Shown: one piece after another, positions 24,330-39,240 of the stretch
How positions within the stretch are numbered: position 1 is the stretch's first letter
Layout: every line of letters begins with the position of its first letter
From: Octopus sinensis
Taxonomy: Eukaryota
Assembly (NCBI RefSeq): GCF_006345805.1
Contig: NW_021831854.1
Location: 34,635 to 98,634, forward strand
DNA: 64,000 bases
Direction of reading: 5' to 3'
Made by a program: the position numbers and the translations under genes
Notes under the pieces: model-generated
Databases searched by the model: none
Seen by the model: only the letters and a program-made list of their open reading frames with translations
Told to the model about the DNA's origin: nothing

Positions 24330-26020
24330 ACGGACTGAATTAAACATCCAATTCACGATGGAATATAGCCAGCAACAACTCCCCTTCCTCGATATCCTCA
24401 TTAAGAAAGCTAATAATGTAATAGAAACAGACATATATTATAAGCCTACAGATTCTAAGCAATATCTTCCATTCAATTCATGCCACCCCAGACACACCAG
24501 GATGAATATCCCCTTCAATCTAGCAAAAAGGATATGCACTATAGTTTCTAATGCAAACACCAGAGACACACGACTACAAGAACTAAAAGATACCCTTATC
24601 ACCAGGAACTACCCACCTTCACTTATTGACATGTGCATTCAACTTAACATCAAGGAACTGAGACATCCCAAATCAAAGAAAAACTTACGACCAAAAGCCT
24701 TACCATACATCTCCACACACAACCCTCTCAACAATGAAGCCTTCGGCACTATCCTCCACAATACCCCTCCTAAAAAAAGACCACAGAATGAACACAATCC
24801 TCCAAAACACACACGATCAAAAAAACAAGAGACAGCCTAAATCTATGAAAGGTCTCCTAACACAAGCCCGAATACACTCCTCAACACAGAAGCCGACAGT
24901 AAAAAATGTGGAAGACCCAATTGCGGGATATGCGACTATCTAATTGAGGGATCAGAGTTCTCCTTCAAACAGGGACAACGGTTTACAGTGAAAAGCAACT
25001 TCACATGTGCTTCGGAGAACCTTATAACACACTAACCTGCTCTGGGTGTCAAGAGCAGTACATAGGCCAACAAAAATAGTTTGCGTAAAAGAATGGCCCT
25101 GCACAGATCCCAGATAAAAATTCCCAAAACAGAAAAATAGCTTTCAGCCAACACATAGATACTTGCGCCAACAACAAAACACCAGGCTTCAGGATTTCCT
25201 CCTCTACCCAATTTAGGGACGATACAACTCGAGACAAAACGAATAAGTAAAGAAACTCTCTTTATTAAAATACAGGCCACTTCTTAACGGGTCTACGACA
25301 AACGATTAATACACCTTAGCTTTAGAATAACAGAAATACACACGTAAATATTACATTCCAAAGAATCCATTACAAATCAGCCCCAATCACAGCTATAATC
25401 CATAACATGCCAACTTCAAGTCATACAACACCTCACTACTTCCACTCATTCATATTCTCCCTTCTCTTTTTTCTTCTTCCTCTTCTTCTTCATCATCATC
25501 ATTATCATCATCATCGTCGTCATCATCATCACCATCATCATCATCTTCTTCTTCACCTTCTCCTTCTTCTTCTTCTTCATCATCATCAACATCGTCATCT
25601 TCTTCTTCTTCTTCTTCTTCTTCTTCTTCTTCTGCTCCACCCTCTACCTCTTAACTTTATCACTAATGCCTTTTAGTATAACACCTACGCAAATTCCATA
25701 CACAAACCTTTCAATAGAAATATTCTCCTGAATTGAACTGCAACTGCTAGCCGTCACTGACCATTAAAAATACGACAAACAGGCACTCCCAAATTTTTCC
25801 ACCCCCTCTCCTCATCAACCTTTTTCTTCTCCCTACCAAGAATTCACAACGACCCTTGAAACACAAAGTGCAAACAAGGGAGACAGAGAAAGGCAGAATG
25901 CCACCTATATTTGAACACTATACAAATATTCCTTTAAAAAAACTTTTCTTTTAATTTTTCTAAATTTAATTATTTAATCGTTACAGTTGAAAAGGTCTCA
26001 AAATGAACGAAACGGTACTG
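24330..26020 (+). mobile_element. Penelope-like element (PLE), 5'-truncated, RT C-terminus + GIY-YIG endonuclease + 3' region
   Basis: LPFLDILI...TDIYYKPTDSKQYLPFNSCHPRH...IPFNLAKRICTI...LITRNYP (PLE RT thumb); linker KCGRPNCGIC; NLI(Y)TLTCSGCQEQYIGQ (GIY-YIG, frameshifted); degenerate terminal motif GAAAAGGTC...GAACGAAACGG at ~25985-26015. Confidence 0.88.
25460..25632. repeat. (CAT)n/(CTT)n compound microsatellite
   Basis: Direct reading. Confidence 0.92.
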
Positions 26021-26116
26021 AAATGTTCTTTATAAAATATTTTAGCATTTTCTATCTTGACTTGTTTTTTCATATATATCAACTCGGTGTTCCTTTTCAC
26101 CCTTATACATATATAT

Positions 26117-29100
26117 TTTTTTTTCTAGTTTCAGCAGAGATGCGGCCATGCTGATGCACCGTGTTTGTGTACACACTGTTATTACGACGAACCTCGTCTA
26201 ATATGTGGCACTTGGTGAAGAATGGAGTTTGATACAGCTACTCTCATTTGCACCTCTTGCCGTGAGGTAGGTTCATCTGGGACTCTTGACAGAATGATGT
26301 CCAGCTTTAAAAACCGCTACATCTACTTTGTGCAAGTTCCTCAGACTCTTTGGGAGAATATTAAAAAGCTGTGGGCCCTTGAAACCCAGGCTGTTGCAGA
26401 AGCTGGCCCTGAAGCGTGATGGCATTGCTTGGATCTTTGGCACTATGCAGTGTCATCCCGTTCTAGCATTGGTGTAGCTTACAATGCCAAAATTTGGAAC
26501 AATTCCTTCCAGGATCTTCCAGACATATATTACTGCATACCTCTCCCGTCTTCTCTCCAGGGAGTAGAGTCTTAGCTGCTTCAACCTTTCCCAGTAGCTG
26601 AGCTGTTGCAAAGAGGCGATCTTCTTTGTGAATCTTCTCTGGATTACTTCAAGGTCCGCTGTTAATTTTACACTGGTGGGTGACCATAGCTGTGAGCAGT
26701 AATCCAGGCGACTGAGGACGAATGTCCGCCAGAGGACCATCATGGTTTCCTTATCTCTGGTTCTGAATGTTCTTAGGATCCACCCAGCCAGTCGTCTGCA
26801 CTTTGTCGCCATCCTGGTAATGTGCACTTGGAAAGAGGTATCATCACTCATGTCGATACCCAGGTCCCTCACAGACTTAGGCTCTGGGATTGAAATTCCC
26901 TGTGGACCGGTGTATCCTGTAAGTTTAATATTTGTTTTGATGCTGGTAGCGCAGGGCCTGAATTTTTCAGCATTAAACTGCATATTATTATCCTCAGCCC
27001 ATCTGTAGATTGAGTTCAACTCCGCTGCAGGTGTGTAAACATCGCTGGGGTTCTGTATTTTCTGTGAGACTTTCGTATCGTCTGCATAGCTGGCCAGAGT
27101 GGCAATCCGGGCATTTGAGGGCATATCTGAGAGGGCCACTATAAAAAGCAGTGGTCCCAAGACAGTGCCCTGTGGAACACCGCTCACTATTTGTGTGTTC
27201 ATAGAGGTGGCTCCATTAACCACTACTGCCTGACTCCTATCATTCAGGAAGTCATGCAACCACACTCCAAGTTTTCCAGCTATGCCGAGGTCACGTAGTT
27301 TGTGGCATATCATACCATGATCCACCTTGTGAAAAGCTTTTGCAAAATCAAGGTAGATTTTGTCCACATTTGATTTATTGAGTAACTGCCCCAACACCCA
27401 GTCATAATGCTGTAAGAGCTGGGTCAGGCAGCTCCTACCTGGTCGAAAACCATGCTGGGTATTACTCAGCAAGTTATTTTCCTCAAGGAATGCGATTAGT
27501 TTCTTTCTGACTATCCGTTTCATGACTTTGCTGATGTGTGAAGTCAGAGAGATAGGCCTATAGTTTTTGGCATCTGCTCTACTTCCCCCTTTATGTATTG
27601 GGCATATTATTCCCTCCTTCAGCTTGCTTGGCAGTTTGCCATTCGCAAGAGAGCTCTGGAAGAGAATCTTGAGGTGTTTTGCCAGGGCATGCTACACGCT
27701 TGAGGAGGAGGATGGGAGGAAACCGTCTGGACCAGCAGCTGAGTTTGTGTCCACTTCATCTATGGCTAGTAGGACATCCTTTTCGCTAATGTCAATACAT
27801 TCTATTGTAACCGCCTCGCTGGTTATAGGTGAGGTGGCAAAGAAGTCCACTGGTTCGTTCACTTGTCTGTGTTCCAACGGGGTGGTAAAGACTCTTTTGA
27901 ACTGGTCATTCAGCATCTCACTGATCATAGTTAGACTATATGTGAGGGAGCCATCCTTTTGGAGGAGGGGTCCTATCTTGTAGTGCACTGAGACTGTTTC
28001 TTTCGCGAAATGAAAGAAGGCCTTTGGGTTTGATTTAATGTTTTTTTATAACCCAGGCTTCTTTGTCTGCTTTCTCCTTCACATAGGATTGTTGCAGACT
28101 TTTTTCGATCTCCATCAGTGTTGTTTTTAGGCGGGACGTTTCGACACTTTTGGGATGTTGGTTGAGACGATTTGCAACCTTTGTCCATCGTCTCATGAGG
28201 AGCTTCCTGTCTCTTGGAATCTTGCTCCTATTTGTTTTGGTCTTGTGCTCTGGGACATATTTCTGGCATACGGCTTGCACAGAAGACATGAAACATTCTA
28301 GTTTCATGTCAATGTCTGGTGTGGAGAGACATTCGGCCAGTCCTCTCTGAGGATTCTTTTTGGATCGATTCCAATCTGCTTTGTGGAAGTTAAGATTGGA
28401 GAGATTTCGGGTGCTTCCTTAGGCTGTATGTCTCTGGTTACTTCGGCCCAAACATAGACAGCTCTATTATGTTTTGATCCGAAACTGATGTCGGTGTCAC
28501 TTTCACATCATGAATGATATCCATATTGTTCGTGAGCAGAGATCCAGAATGTTATTCGCCCTAGTTGGCTTGAGTACAACTTGCTCCATGAATAAGGCAG
28601 TGGTGAGGTTGAGCAGGGACTCCACCTGTACTTGCTTGCAATGATCATTCCTGAGAGTATGTGACCTCGGGCCATTTGACGTGGGGAAGTGAAATCACCC
28701 ATAAGAAATATGGTCACGTGGTGGTTCCAGATTCATGAGGATGTCTTTAATTCTTGTAAGGCCTCTTCAACTTGCCTATGTGACTTGGGGCATCCGGTGG
28801 GCAATATGTATTGCATATGACTATATTATGTTGTCTTATGTATACAATTATGTGTCACATACCGAATTTCAGTATGTCATCAAGACCTGAGGTGGTGAGG
28901 TCATCTCGGATGTATACAGCAACTCACCATGGCTCCTTTCCCTTCTGTCTGTTCGCAGTATGGCATAGTTTGGTATGTGTACTCTGCGTCTCTATATCAG
29001 GGTTGAGGTGAGTTTCCACAAGTGCTATGCATAGGCTTGATTGCATGCGTAAGATCTCTCAGGAAAGAAATTTTGTTTCTATTTTGATGCAACAACCCCC

Positions 29101-29870
29101 ATTATATTTAGTACAAGTATTGGGGGGTGACGGCTGTGCGGGCGTTAGGGGAGGCCATCCCATGTCTGTTGACTGAGGTGGTCTTGCATAGTGGGGGCAG
29201 GTTTCTTCGCTGTGCTTGTGTAGCCAGGTTAGCTGCCGGGCAATTCTTTGCGCCATGCATAAAAAGACTCTTGCTCAGCTGCTGCGTTGCGCAGAACATC
29301 TGAGGAGCGCACTTCGTTTTTGAAAGTTTTCCTGGGAGACATTTCTTGTGTTCCCCTCGGTAAAGTTTTTCTCGTTGAGTCCCCTGAAGTTCTGGCGGGT
29401 GTCGGGTCGGCGCGAACCGGCAGTTTTTGTTGCCGTCCTCATCATGCCAACATTTGCCCCCAGGTAGAACTTACAGGTTCTCGGTGCCTTCCGGATTTCT
29501 TCTTTCCTAAGTGTACTGGGTGGCATTGGATCCTCCGTGGGGTTCTCTGCTGTTTGTGTCGGGGGTCGGGGTTTCAGCTTTGGTTGTTTTGCCTTTTCCT
29601 CCTTTTCCCTCCTTATTTTTGTTTTCGGTCCTTCCTTTTTTCTTCTGTTTTTCTAATTTTTCTAATTTTTCATTTTTTCGTAGGACCACTGGTACAGGGG
29701 GGCTTCCGGTTTCTGCTCCCTTGGCTCCCCTATCCTTCACTACTTGGTCGTTCACCGAGGTAGGTGATCCATTTTCCTGAGGAACCCCTGGATCACAGAG
29801 ACTTCCGGCTTCCTTCTCTTTTTCGTCCTCTTCATCCTCATCAGCTTTGCCACATAATTTTCAGTGTTTT
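26117..29870 (-). mobile_element. CR1/L2(Crack)-group LINE, ~3.7 kb, ORF1 remnant + APE-RT ORF2 + short 3' tail
   Basis: RT: QHGFRPGRSCLTQLL, YLDFAKAFHKVDH, SGVPQGTVLGPLLF, SYADDTK, LSRLDYCSQLWSP, LYSLERRRERY; APE remnant IFLMGDF; C-terminus GPQLFNILPKSLR...RAAVSNS; 3' tail CAGCATGGCCGCA...CTGAAACTAG-A(n). Confidence 0.9.
26453..27523 (-). pseudogene. Reverse transcriptase domain of the CR1/L2-group LINE
   Basis: 356-aa ORF in the track with RT motifs; flanked by frameshifted continuations. Confidence 0.88.
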
Positions 29871-29933
29871 GATGTGTGGTCTTATAAGCACGTAATATAA
29901 TATATATATATATCCTTTCTCTTAACTATATAT

Positions 29934-29971
<38 letters not shown>

Positions 29972-29984
29972 CTCTTTAAACTTA

Positions 29985-30023
<39 letters not shown>

Positions 30024-30092
30024 TTCCTCTTTAACTATATATATATATATAGTATATATAATATAATATATATATATATTATCTTTCTCTTA

Positions 30093-30133
<41 letters not shown>

Positions 30134-30155
30134 TATATATATATAATATATATAT

Positions 30156-30536
30156 CTTTTCTCTTTAACTTGTTTCAGTCATTTGACTGTGGCCATGATG
30201 GAACACCGACTTTAGTCGAGCAAATCGACCTTGGAAATTATTCTTTTTTTTTTGTAAGCCCAGTACTTATTCTATCGATCGCTTTTGCCGAACCGCTAAG
30301 TGACGAACCCTAAGCAATGCTAGGGGGACAAACACAGACACACAAACACACATATACATATATATACATATATACGACAGGCTTCTTTCAGTTTCCGTCT
30401 ACCAAATCCACTCACAAGGCATTGGTCGGCCCGGGGCTATAGTAGAAGACACTTGCCCAAGATGCCACGTAGTGGGACTGAACCCGGAACCATGTGGTTG
30501 GTTATCAAGCTACTTACCACACAGCCACTCCTGCGC
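30156..30536 (-). mobile_element. SINE family A, full length
   Basis: Same head and tail as the other copies. Confidence 0.88.
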
Positions 30537-30549
30537 ATATATATATAGC

Positions 30550-30620
<71 letters not shown>

Positions 30621-30634
30621 TATATAACTATATA

Positions 30635-30800
30635 CGAAAATAAACAAAGATGAAGACAGGTAGTGTACAAAACAAACAGATGTATAATTATAACGCTCAG
30701 GAATAGAAAAAGTATTTTACGTTTCGAGCCTATGCTCTTCTACAGAAAGGGACACAGAAAAAACAAGGAGAGAAAAAATGTGTGTAGCGGCTACGATCTA
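30635..30800 (-). mobile_element. Short PLE-end-like element with hammerhead-like motif, related to 20900-21090
   Basis: Shares GAAGAGC..GCTCGAAACGT and downstream CCTGAGCGT with the 20.9-21.1 kb element; both sit in (TA)n. Confidence 0.6.
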
Positions 30801-30924
30801 TACAATCTATATATATATATATATTAATATATATATATATATATATATATAAAACGATCTATAATATATATATATATATATAACGATCTATATGTATATA
30901 ATGTTGTGTGTGTGTGTGTGACGT

Positions 30925-31248
30925 CTCATGGCTCAGTGGTTAGAACGTCGAGCTTAAGATCGTGAGGTTGTGAGATCGAGTCCCGGACCGGGCTGCGTGT
31001 TGCGTTCTTGAGCAAGACACTGTATTTCCCGATGCTCCTGATAGAAATGAGTTGCGACGTCACAGGTGCCAAGCTGTATCGGCCCCTTTGCCTTTCCCTT
31101 GGATAACATCAGTGGCATGGAGAGGGGAGACTGGTATGCATGGGTGACTGCTGATCTTCTATAGAAAACAACCTTGCCTTGACTTGTGCCTGGGAGGGTA
31201 ACTTTCAAGGTGCAATCCCATTGTCAGTGTCGTGACCGAAGGGGTCTC
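30925..31248 (+). mobile_element. SINE family C
   Basis: Homologous to 17376-17705. Confidence 0.83.
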
Positions 31249-31256
31249 AGCATATG

Positions 31257-31289
<33 letters not shown>

Positions 31290-31436
31290 AATATTATGTA
31301 TATATTATGTATATATATATATATATAATATAATATATATATATCATATATATATATTTATACATATATTATATATATATATTATATATATTATATGGTA
31401 ATATATATATATATATATGTACCTATTATATATGTG

Positions 31437-31474
<38 letters not shown>

Positions 31475-31596
31475 TATATTATATACTATATATATACATA
31501 GATATATATATGTGTAGTATATAGATATATAATCTATATATATATATATATATAATGCATGTATATATATATATATATGTATATAATAATATATAC

Positions 31597-31646
<50 letters not shown>

Positions 31647-31741
31647 TATATATATATGTACATATATATAGATATGTATATATATATATGTACATATATA
31701 TATATGTATGTATATATATATATATATATAATAATATATAC

Positions 31742-31773
<32 letters not shown>

Positions 31774-31816
31774 GTATATATATATATAGTATATATAATA
31801 TATATATATATATATA

Positions 31817-31854
<38 letters not shown>

Positions 31855-31856
<2 letters not shown>

Positions 31857-33218
31857 TTTATTATATAGAAGGAGCTTCTACAGGACTAGAATTGTTTCAT
31901 TCAAGAGAAATCTTCAGAAGCTAGTTAACAAGATTGTATTGGCAATTATACTTTAGGCAGGTTTAAAGGGGTGTGGTGGGGGACTTTTTGGGGGTAGGCA
32001 TAGCGCAAAATATCATACTTGGGGGAGTGGTCAAGGAGTCAGTGTTAAATTAGATAGAAGAATAAATAAAAAAATAAAAATAATATATAAAAAAATATAT
32101 AAATATATATAAAAAAGGGAAAGAGTTTTAGGTAAATAAGGAGATTCTCACTTATACCTATGCACTATGTATACATATATACACACACATACAACATATA
32201 TAAACATATACATACACACATACGTACACACCCACTATATACATATATATACACTTACACATCATATACATATCTACACATACACTATATGTATACATAC
32301 ACACACTCACATGCATACACGTATACACACATGTATATATACACAACGACCACACATACATATACACACAGAAAAATATATATACACATACACACACATA
32401 TTACATACACGCATACACCACTATCCACACACACATATGCACACACAGCACACTAGTCCCTAATAACACATATATACACATACACACCACATATACACAC
32501 ACATCTATACATACATACATATATATATATATAATATATATATATATACATATGTGTACCTATGCATACCTACACATCACACATATATACACCTACAAAT
32601 ACGAACCATTCCTAATTTTAATTTTATTATCTTCATTTATACTTTTGTTATCTTTGACCGCTGGTCACAAACATCTTGGCTATGACAGCCAGTCCATTTA
32701 TCTGTCTACTGGAAAACAAGCACTCATTTACTTTACTCACGCACCTCTTTAGCACGTACACTCACTCATTCGCACACTCATAACATAACGCAACGCACGC
32801 ACGCGTTATATTCATACATACATACATCTACATACATTCACGTATATACACATACGTACGCGTACCTACAGATTCATGTCTACACTTTTAGAAGGCTAAG
32901 TCTTACATATACCCAATAATATAAATACACACACAATACATATACACCTACATACAAATACATACATGTATATATATATATACATATACATACTATTCAC
33001 ATATATACATACATATATATATACATATATATATATATACATATACATACATATACACATATACATATATATATATATACATATACACACACAAACACAT
33101 ACATACATATACACACATACACATACATACGTATACATACATACATACATCCATACATCCATACATACATACATTTATACACATACACATACGCATATAC
33201 ATATACATACATACACAT

Positions 33219-33275
<57 letters not shown>

Positions 33276-33643
33276 CATACACACACATACATATACATAC
33301 ATACATATACAAATATACGCACACACATACATACATACTCATAACACATACACGCACATACACATGTACATGCGTACCCATACACACACACACACACGCG
33401 CATCCATATACACATAAGTACACACATGCGTAAAAGTATACATATATCATGATTACACATACACACACACCACACGTGCCTCCTATATTCATACTTACAT
33501 GCATACTCAAAAAATAAGTAAATAAAATATATATACGCGCAGTTATTCATACATGCATACTCAAAAAATAAATATAAATATTAAGTATATGTACGTGCAG
33601 TTACCTATTATATAGACGGATACATACATATAACTTACACACA

Positions 33644-33690
<47 letters not shown>

Positions 33691-33919
33691 TATTATACAT
33701 ATATACACACATATATATACATATACATATATACATATATATATACACACAACCTATACATATAATATATATTACTACTTACACACATGTACAAATACAT
33801 ACACACATAGATAACTCTACGTACCTACATATACATAAACACACGAGCGTACACGTATATGTACATATACACATACACATACACACGCATATGTATACAA
33901 CATACATACACATACACAC

Positions 33920-33952
<33 letters not shown>

Positions 33953-33953
33953 C

Positions 33954-33991
<38 letters not shown>

Positions 33992-35122
33992 TATATATAT
34001 TATATATATATAGATATATTTATTATATAGAAGGAGCTTCTACAGGTCTAGAATGTGTCATTCAAGAGAAATCTTCAGGAACTATTAACAAGAATTGTAT
34101 TGGCATTTATACATTTAGGCAGGTTTAAAGGGGTGTTGGTGGGGGACTTTTTGGGGTAGGCATAGCGCAAAATATCATACTTGGGGGAGTGGTCAAGGAG
34201 TCAGTGTAAATTAGATAAAGAATAAATAAAAAAATAAAAAAATAAAAAAATCTATATATAAAAAAGGGGAATAGAGTTTTAGGTAAATAAGGAGATTCTC
34301 ACTTATACCTATGCACACATGTATACATACATACACACCATACAAACATATATACATATACATACACACATACACACACACCCTATATTATACATATATA
34401 TACACTTACACATACACATACATATACAATATCTACACATACACATATATGTAACATACACACACTCACATGCATACACGTATACACACTGTATATATAC
34501 ACACACGACCACACATACATATACGCACAGAAAATATATATACACATACACACACATACTCACATACACGCATACACCACACATATCCACACACACACAT
34601 GCACACACCAGCACACTAGTCCCTATATACACATATATACACATACACACACATATACACATACATACATACACATACATACATGTATATATATAATATA
34701 TTATAATACACATATTGTACCTATGCATACCTACACATACACACATATATACACATACAAATACACCCATTCCCTAATTTTAATTTTATTATCTTCATTT
34801 ATTACTTTTGTTATCTTTGATCGCTGGTCACAAACATCTTGGCTATGACAGCCAGTCCATTTATCTGTCTACTGGAAACAAGCACTCATTTACTCACGCC
34901 ACACTCTTTAGCACGTACACTCACTCATTCGCACACTCATACATATACACGCACGCACGCGTTATATTCATACATACATACATCTACATACATTCACGTA
35001 TATACACATACGTACGCGTACCTACCTATTCATGTCTACACTCTTAGAAGGCTAGTCTATACATATACACCAATAAATACACACACATACATATACACCT
35101 ACATACAAATACATACGTATTA

Positions 35123-35194
<72 letters not shown>

Positions 35195-35419
35195 TTATAG
35201 TATATATATATATTCACATATATATACACATATACATATATATATATATAATATATATATATATACATATATATATATATCATCATCCATCATTGTTCGA
35301 CCGTGGTCGAGACAATGGAATTTACCATGTTTGCGCAGACTTCACGGTCCATCATAGCATTACGGAGGTCCTGTTGCTGGATGCAACATATATATATATA
35401 TTCACATATATATATACAC

Positions 35420-35456
<37 letters not shown>

Positions 35457-35795
35457 CACACACATACGCATACACACACATATACATATATATACACTAC
35501 ACGCACATACACATGTACATGCGTACCCATACACACACACACGCGCGCATCCATATATACACATAAGTACACACATGCGTCAAAGTATACATATATCTAT
35601 GCTTACACATACACACACACACATGTGCCTCCTTATATTCATACTTACATGCATACTCAAAAAATAAGTAAATAGTAAAATATATATACGCGCAGTTATT
35701 CATACATGCATACTCAAAAAATAAATAATAAATATTAAGTATATGTACGTGCAGTTACCTATTATATAGACGGATACATACATATAACCTTACAC

Positions 35796-35855
<60 letters not shown>

Positions 35856-36603
35856 TATATATATAAATACATATATACACATACACATACACATACACAT
35901 ATACATACATATATATATACACACACACACATACACATACATATATACATATATATACATACTTACACACATGTACATATAAATACACACATGTGTGCTG
36001 TGTGTGCATGTGTGTGTGTGGATATGTGTGTGTATGCGTGTATGTGAGTATGTGTGTGTATGTGTATATATATTTTTCTGTGCGTATATGTATGTGTGGT
36101 CGTGTGTGTATATATACATGTGTGTATACGTGTATGCATGTGAGTGTGTGTATGTATACATATATGTGTATGTGTAGATATGTATATGTATGTGTATGTG
36201 TGTGTATGTATGTATACATGTGTGCATAGGTATAAGTGAGAATCTCCTTATTTACCTAAAACTCTATTCCCCTTTTTTTTATATATAGATTTATTTATTT
36301 ATTATTTATTTATTTTTTTATTTTTTTATTATTTCTTTATTCTAATTTAACACTGACTCCTTGACCACTCCCAAGTATGATATTTTGCGCTATGCCTACC
36401 CCCAAAAGTCCCCCACCAACACCCCTTTAAACCTGCCTAAATGTATAATGCCAATACAATTCTTATTAACTAGCTTCCTGAAGATTCTCTTGAATGAAAC
36501 AGTTCTAGTCCTGTAGAAGCTCCTTCTATATAATAAATTAATTTTACTCTGCTATGTATTGAGTACCTTATTTACTGTGGTTAACCCCGAATCAACCGGG
36601 ACC

Positions 36604-36661
<58 letters not shown>

Positions 36662-36890
36662 TATACATGTGTGCAAACATACATACATACTCATACACGC
36701 ACACACACTTACATATACATATATACCACACACTTACACACATATATATACATACACATATACATACATACATACATATATGCATACATACACACACACA
36801 TATATATATATATACATACACATAACATACCTATACATATATATACACACATATATACACATGCACATACTTATATCTCTACATACTCGC

Positions 36891-36957
<67 letters not shown>

Positions 36958-37243
36958 TACATATACCTATATACATGTATATATACACACACATATATAT
37001 ACGCATCTACAGTTGTATCTACACTCACATACATGCACATACACATAACTCTACATACCTACATATACATCGACATACTCGCGTACACTCATATATATAC
37101 ACCATATATACAATTACACACACACATACATATACATATACATATATATATATATATAAATATATACATAATACACATATACACACACATAATATAATAA
37201 TATATATATATATATTATGTATGTATACACACACACACACACA

Positions 37244-37290
<47 letters not shown>

Positions 37291-37645
37291 CATACATAAC
37301 ACATACATACATGTACATATACATATACATACACACATATACACACACAACATATATCAACAATTGAGGGTAAAGTTAATTAGTTATTAATCAATTTCAC
37401 CAAGTATTCAGTATGTAAAAGGACCATTATTTTTTGAGTAAATAAGTCTGAGGGAAAATATTCTCTAAGTAGTGGAAGAGGCTAAAAAACTTTTTTGGCT
37501 GCTATTTCTAGAAAGTTCAGTGTGTGGCAAATAATTTATTTTACTAAGCCCTAATTATATAATATTTTATACATACATACACATACATACACACATACAT
37601 ATACACATACATATGCATACACACATATATACACATATACATATA

Positions 37646-37676
<31 letters not shown>

Positions 37677-37678
37677 GC

Positions 37679-37709
<31 letters not shown>

Positions 37710-38823
37710 TTTACATACATACACACACACACACACACATAATACATGCGTATATTCCTACTATACCCATACATTTCTATACATATATACGATACACATA
37801 TACAAGCGCGCACATACAATATTTAAAAGGTCTTAGGAGAAAAGGTAATCGGGGGTGCTAGGGGAACGGTGGGATTGGGGGGGTTTTGTGGGTGGGGTGT
37901 CATCAATCTGGTTGCCGGGTAGGTCTATAGTTCTTGTAGTTCGCATACTTCTTATGCATACAATTTGGGGAGTGTTCTGAGATTTTGTTAGGGAGAGGGC
38001 CTTTGGCGAACAAGATCTCTAGGCTCTCCGATATGCAGAGGTCACAGCAGGTATGGCCTCCTGTGTACGAGCGCGCCTTCTGTAGTAGTTTCCACTTGGT
38101 CCTCTCCTTAACAAAATCTCAGAACACTCCCCAAATTGTATGCATAAGAAGTATGCGAACTACAAGAACTATAGACCTACCCGGCAACCAGATTGATGAC
38201 ACCCCACCCACAAACCCCCCCAACCCCACCGTTCCCCTAGCACCCCCGATTACCTTTTCTCCTAAGACCTTTCAAATATTGTATGTGCACGCTTGTATAT
38301 GTGTATCGTATATATGTATAGAAATGTATGGGTATAGTAGGAATATACGCATGTATTATGTGTGTGTGTGTGTGTATGTATGTAAAAATATATATATATA
38401 TATATATGTATGTGCGTGTGTGTGTGTGTGTGTGTATATGTGTATATATGTATATATGTATATGTGTATATATGTGTGTATGCATATGTATGTGTATATG
38501 TATGTGTGTATGTATGTGTATGTATGTATAAAATATTATATAATTAGGGCTTAGTAAAATAAATTACTTTGCCACACACTGAACTTTCTAGAAATAGCAG
38601 CCAAAAAAGTTTTTTAGCCTCTTCCACTACTTAGAGAATATTTTCCCTCAGACATTATTTACTCAAAAAAATAATGGTCCTTTTACATACTGAATACTTG
38701 GTGAAATTGATTAATAACTAATTAACTTTACCCTCAATTGTTGATATATGTATGTGTGTGTATATGTGTGTATGTATATGTATATGTACATGTATGTATG
38801 TGTGTATGTATGTAAAAATATAT

Positions 38824-38896
<73 letters not shown>

Positions 38897-38902
38897 GTGT
38901 GT

Positions 38903-38962
<60 letters not shown>

Positions 38963-39180
38963 ATATGTGTATTATGTATATATTTATATATATATATATG
39001 TATATGTATATGTATGTGTGTGTGTAATTGTATATATGTGTATATATATGAGTGTACGCGAGTATGTCGATGTATATGTAGGTATGTAGAGTTATGTGTA
39101 TGTGCATGTATGTGAGTGTAGATACAAACTGTAGATGCGTATATATATGTGTGTGTATATATACATGTATATAGGTATAT

Positions 39181-39240
<60 letters not shown>

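Noticed and set aside
26222-26419. 65-aa + strand ORF MEFDTATLICTSC...
   Set aside because: It is antisense to the frameshifted C-terminus of the CR1/L2-group ORF2.
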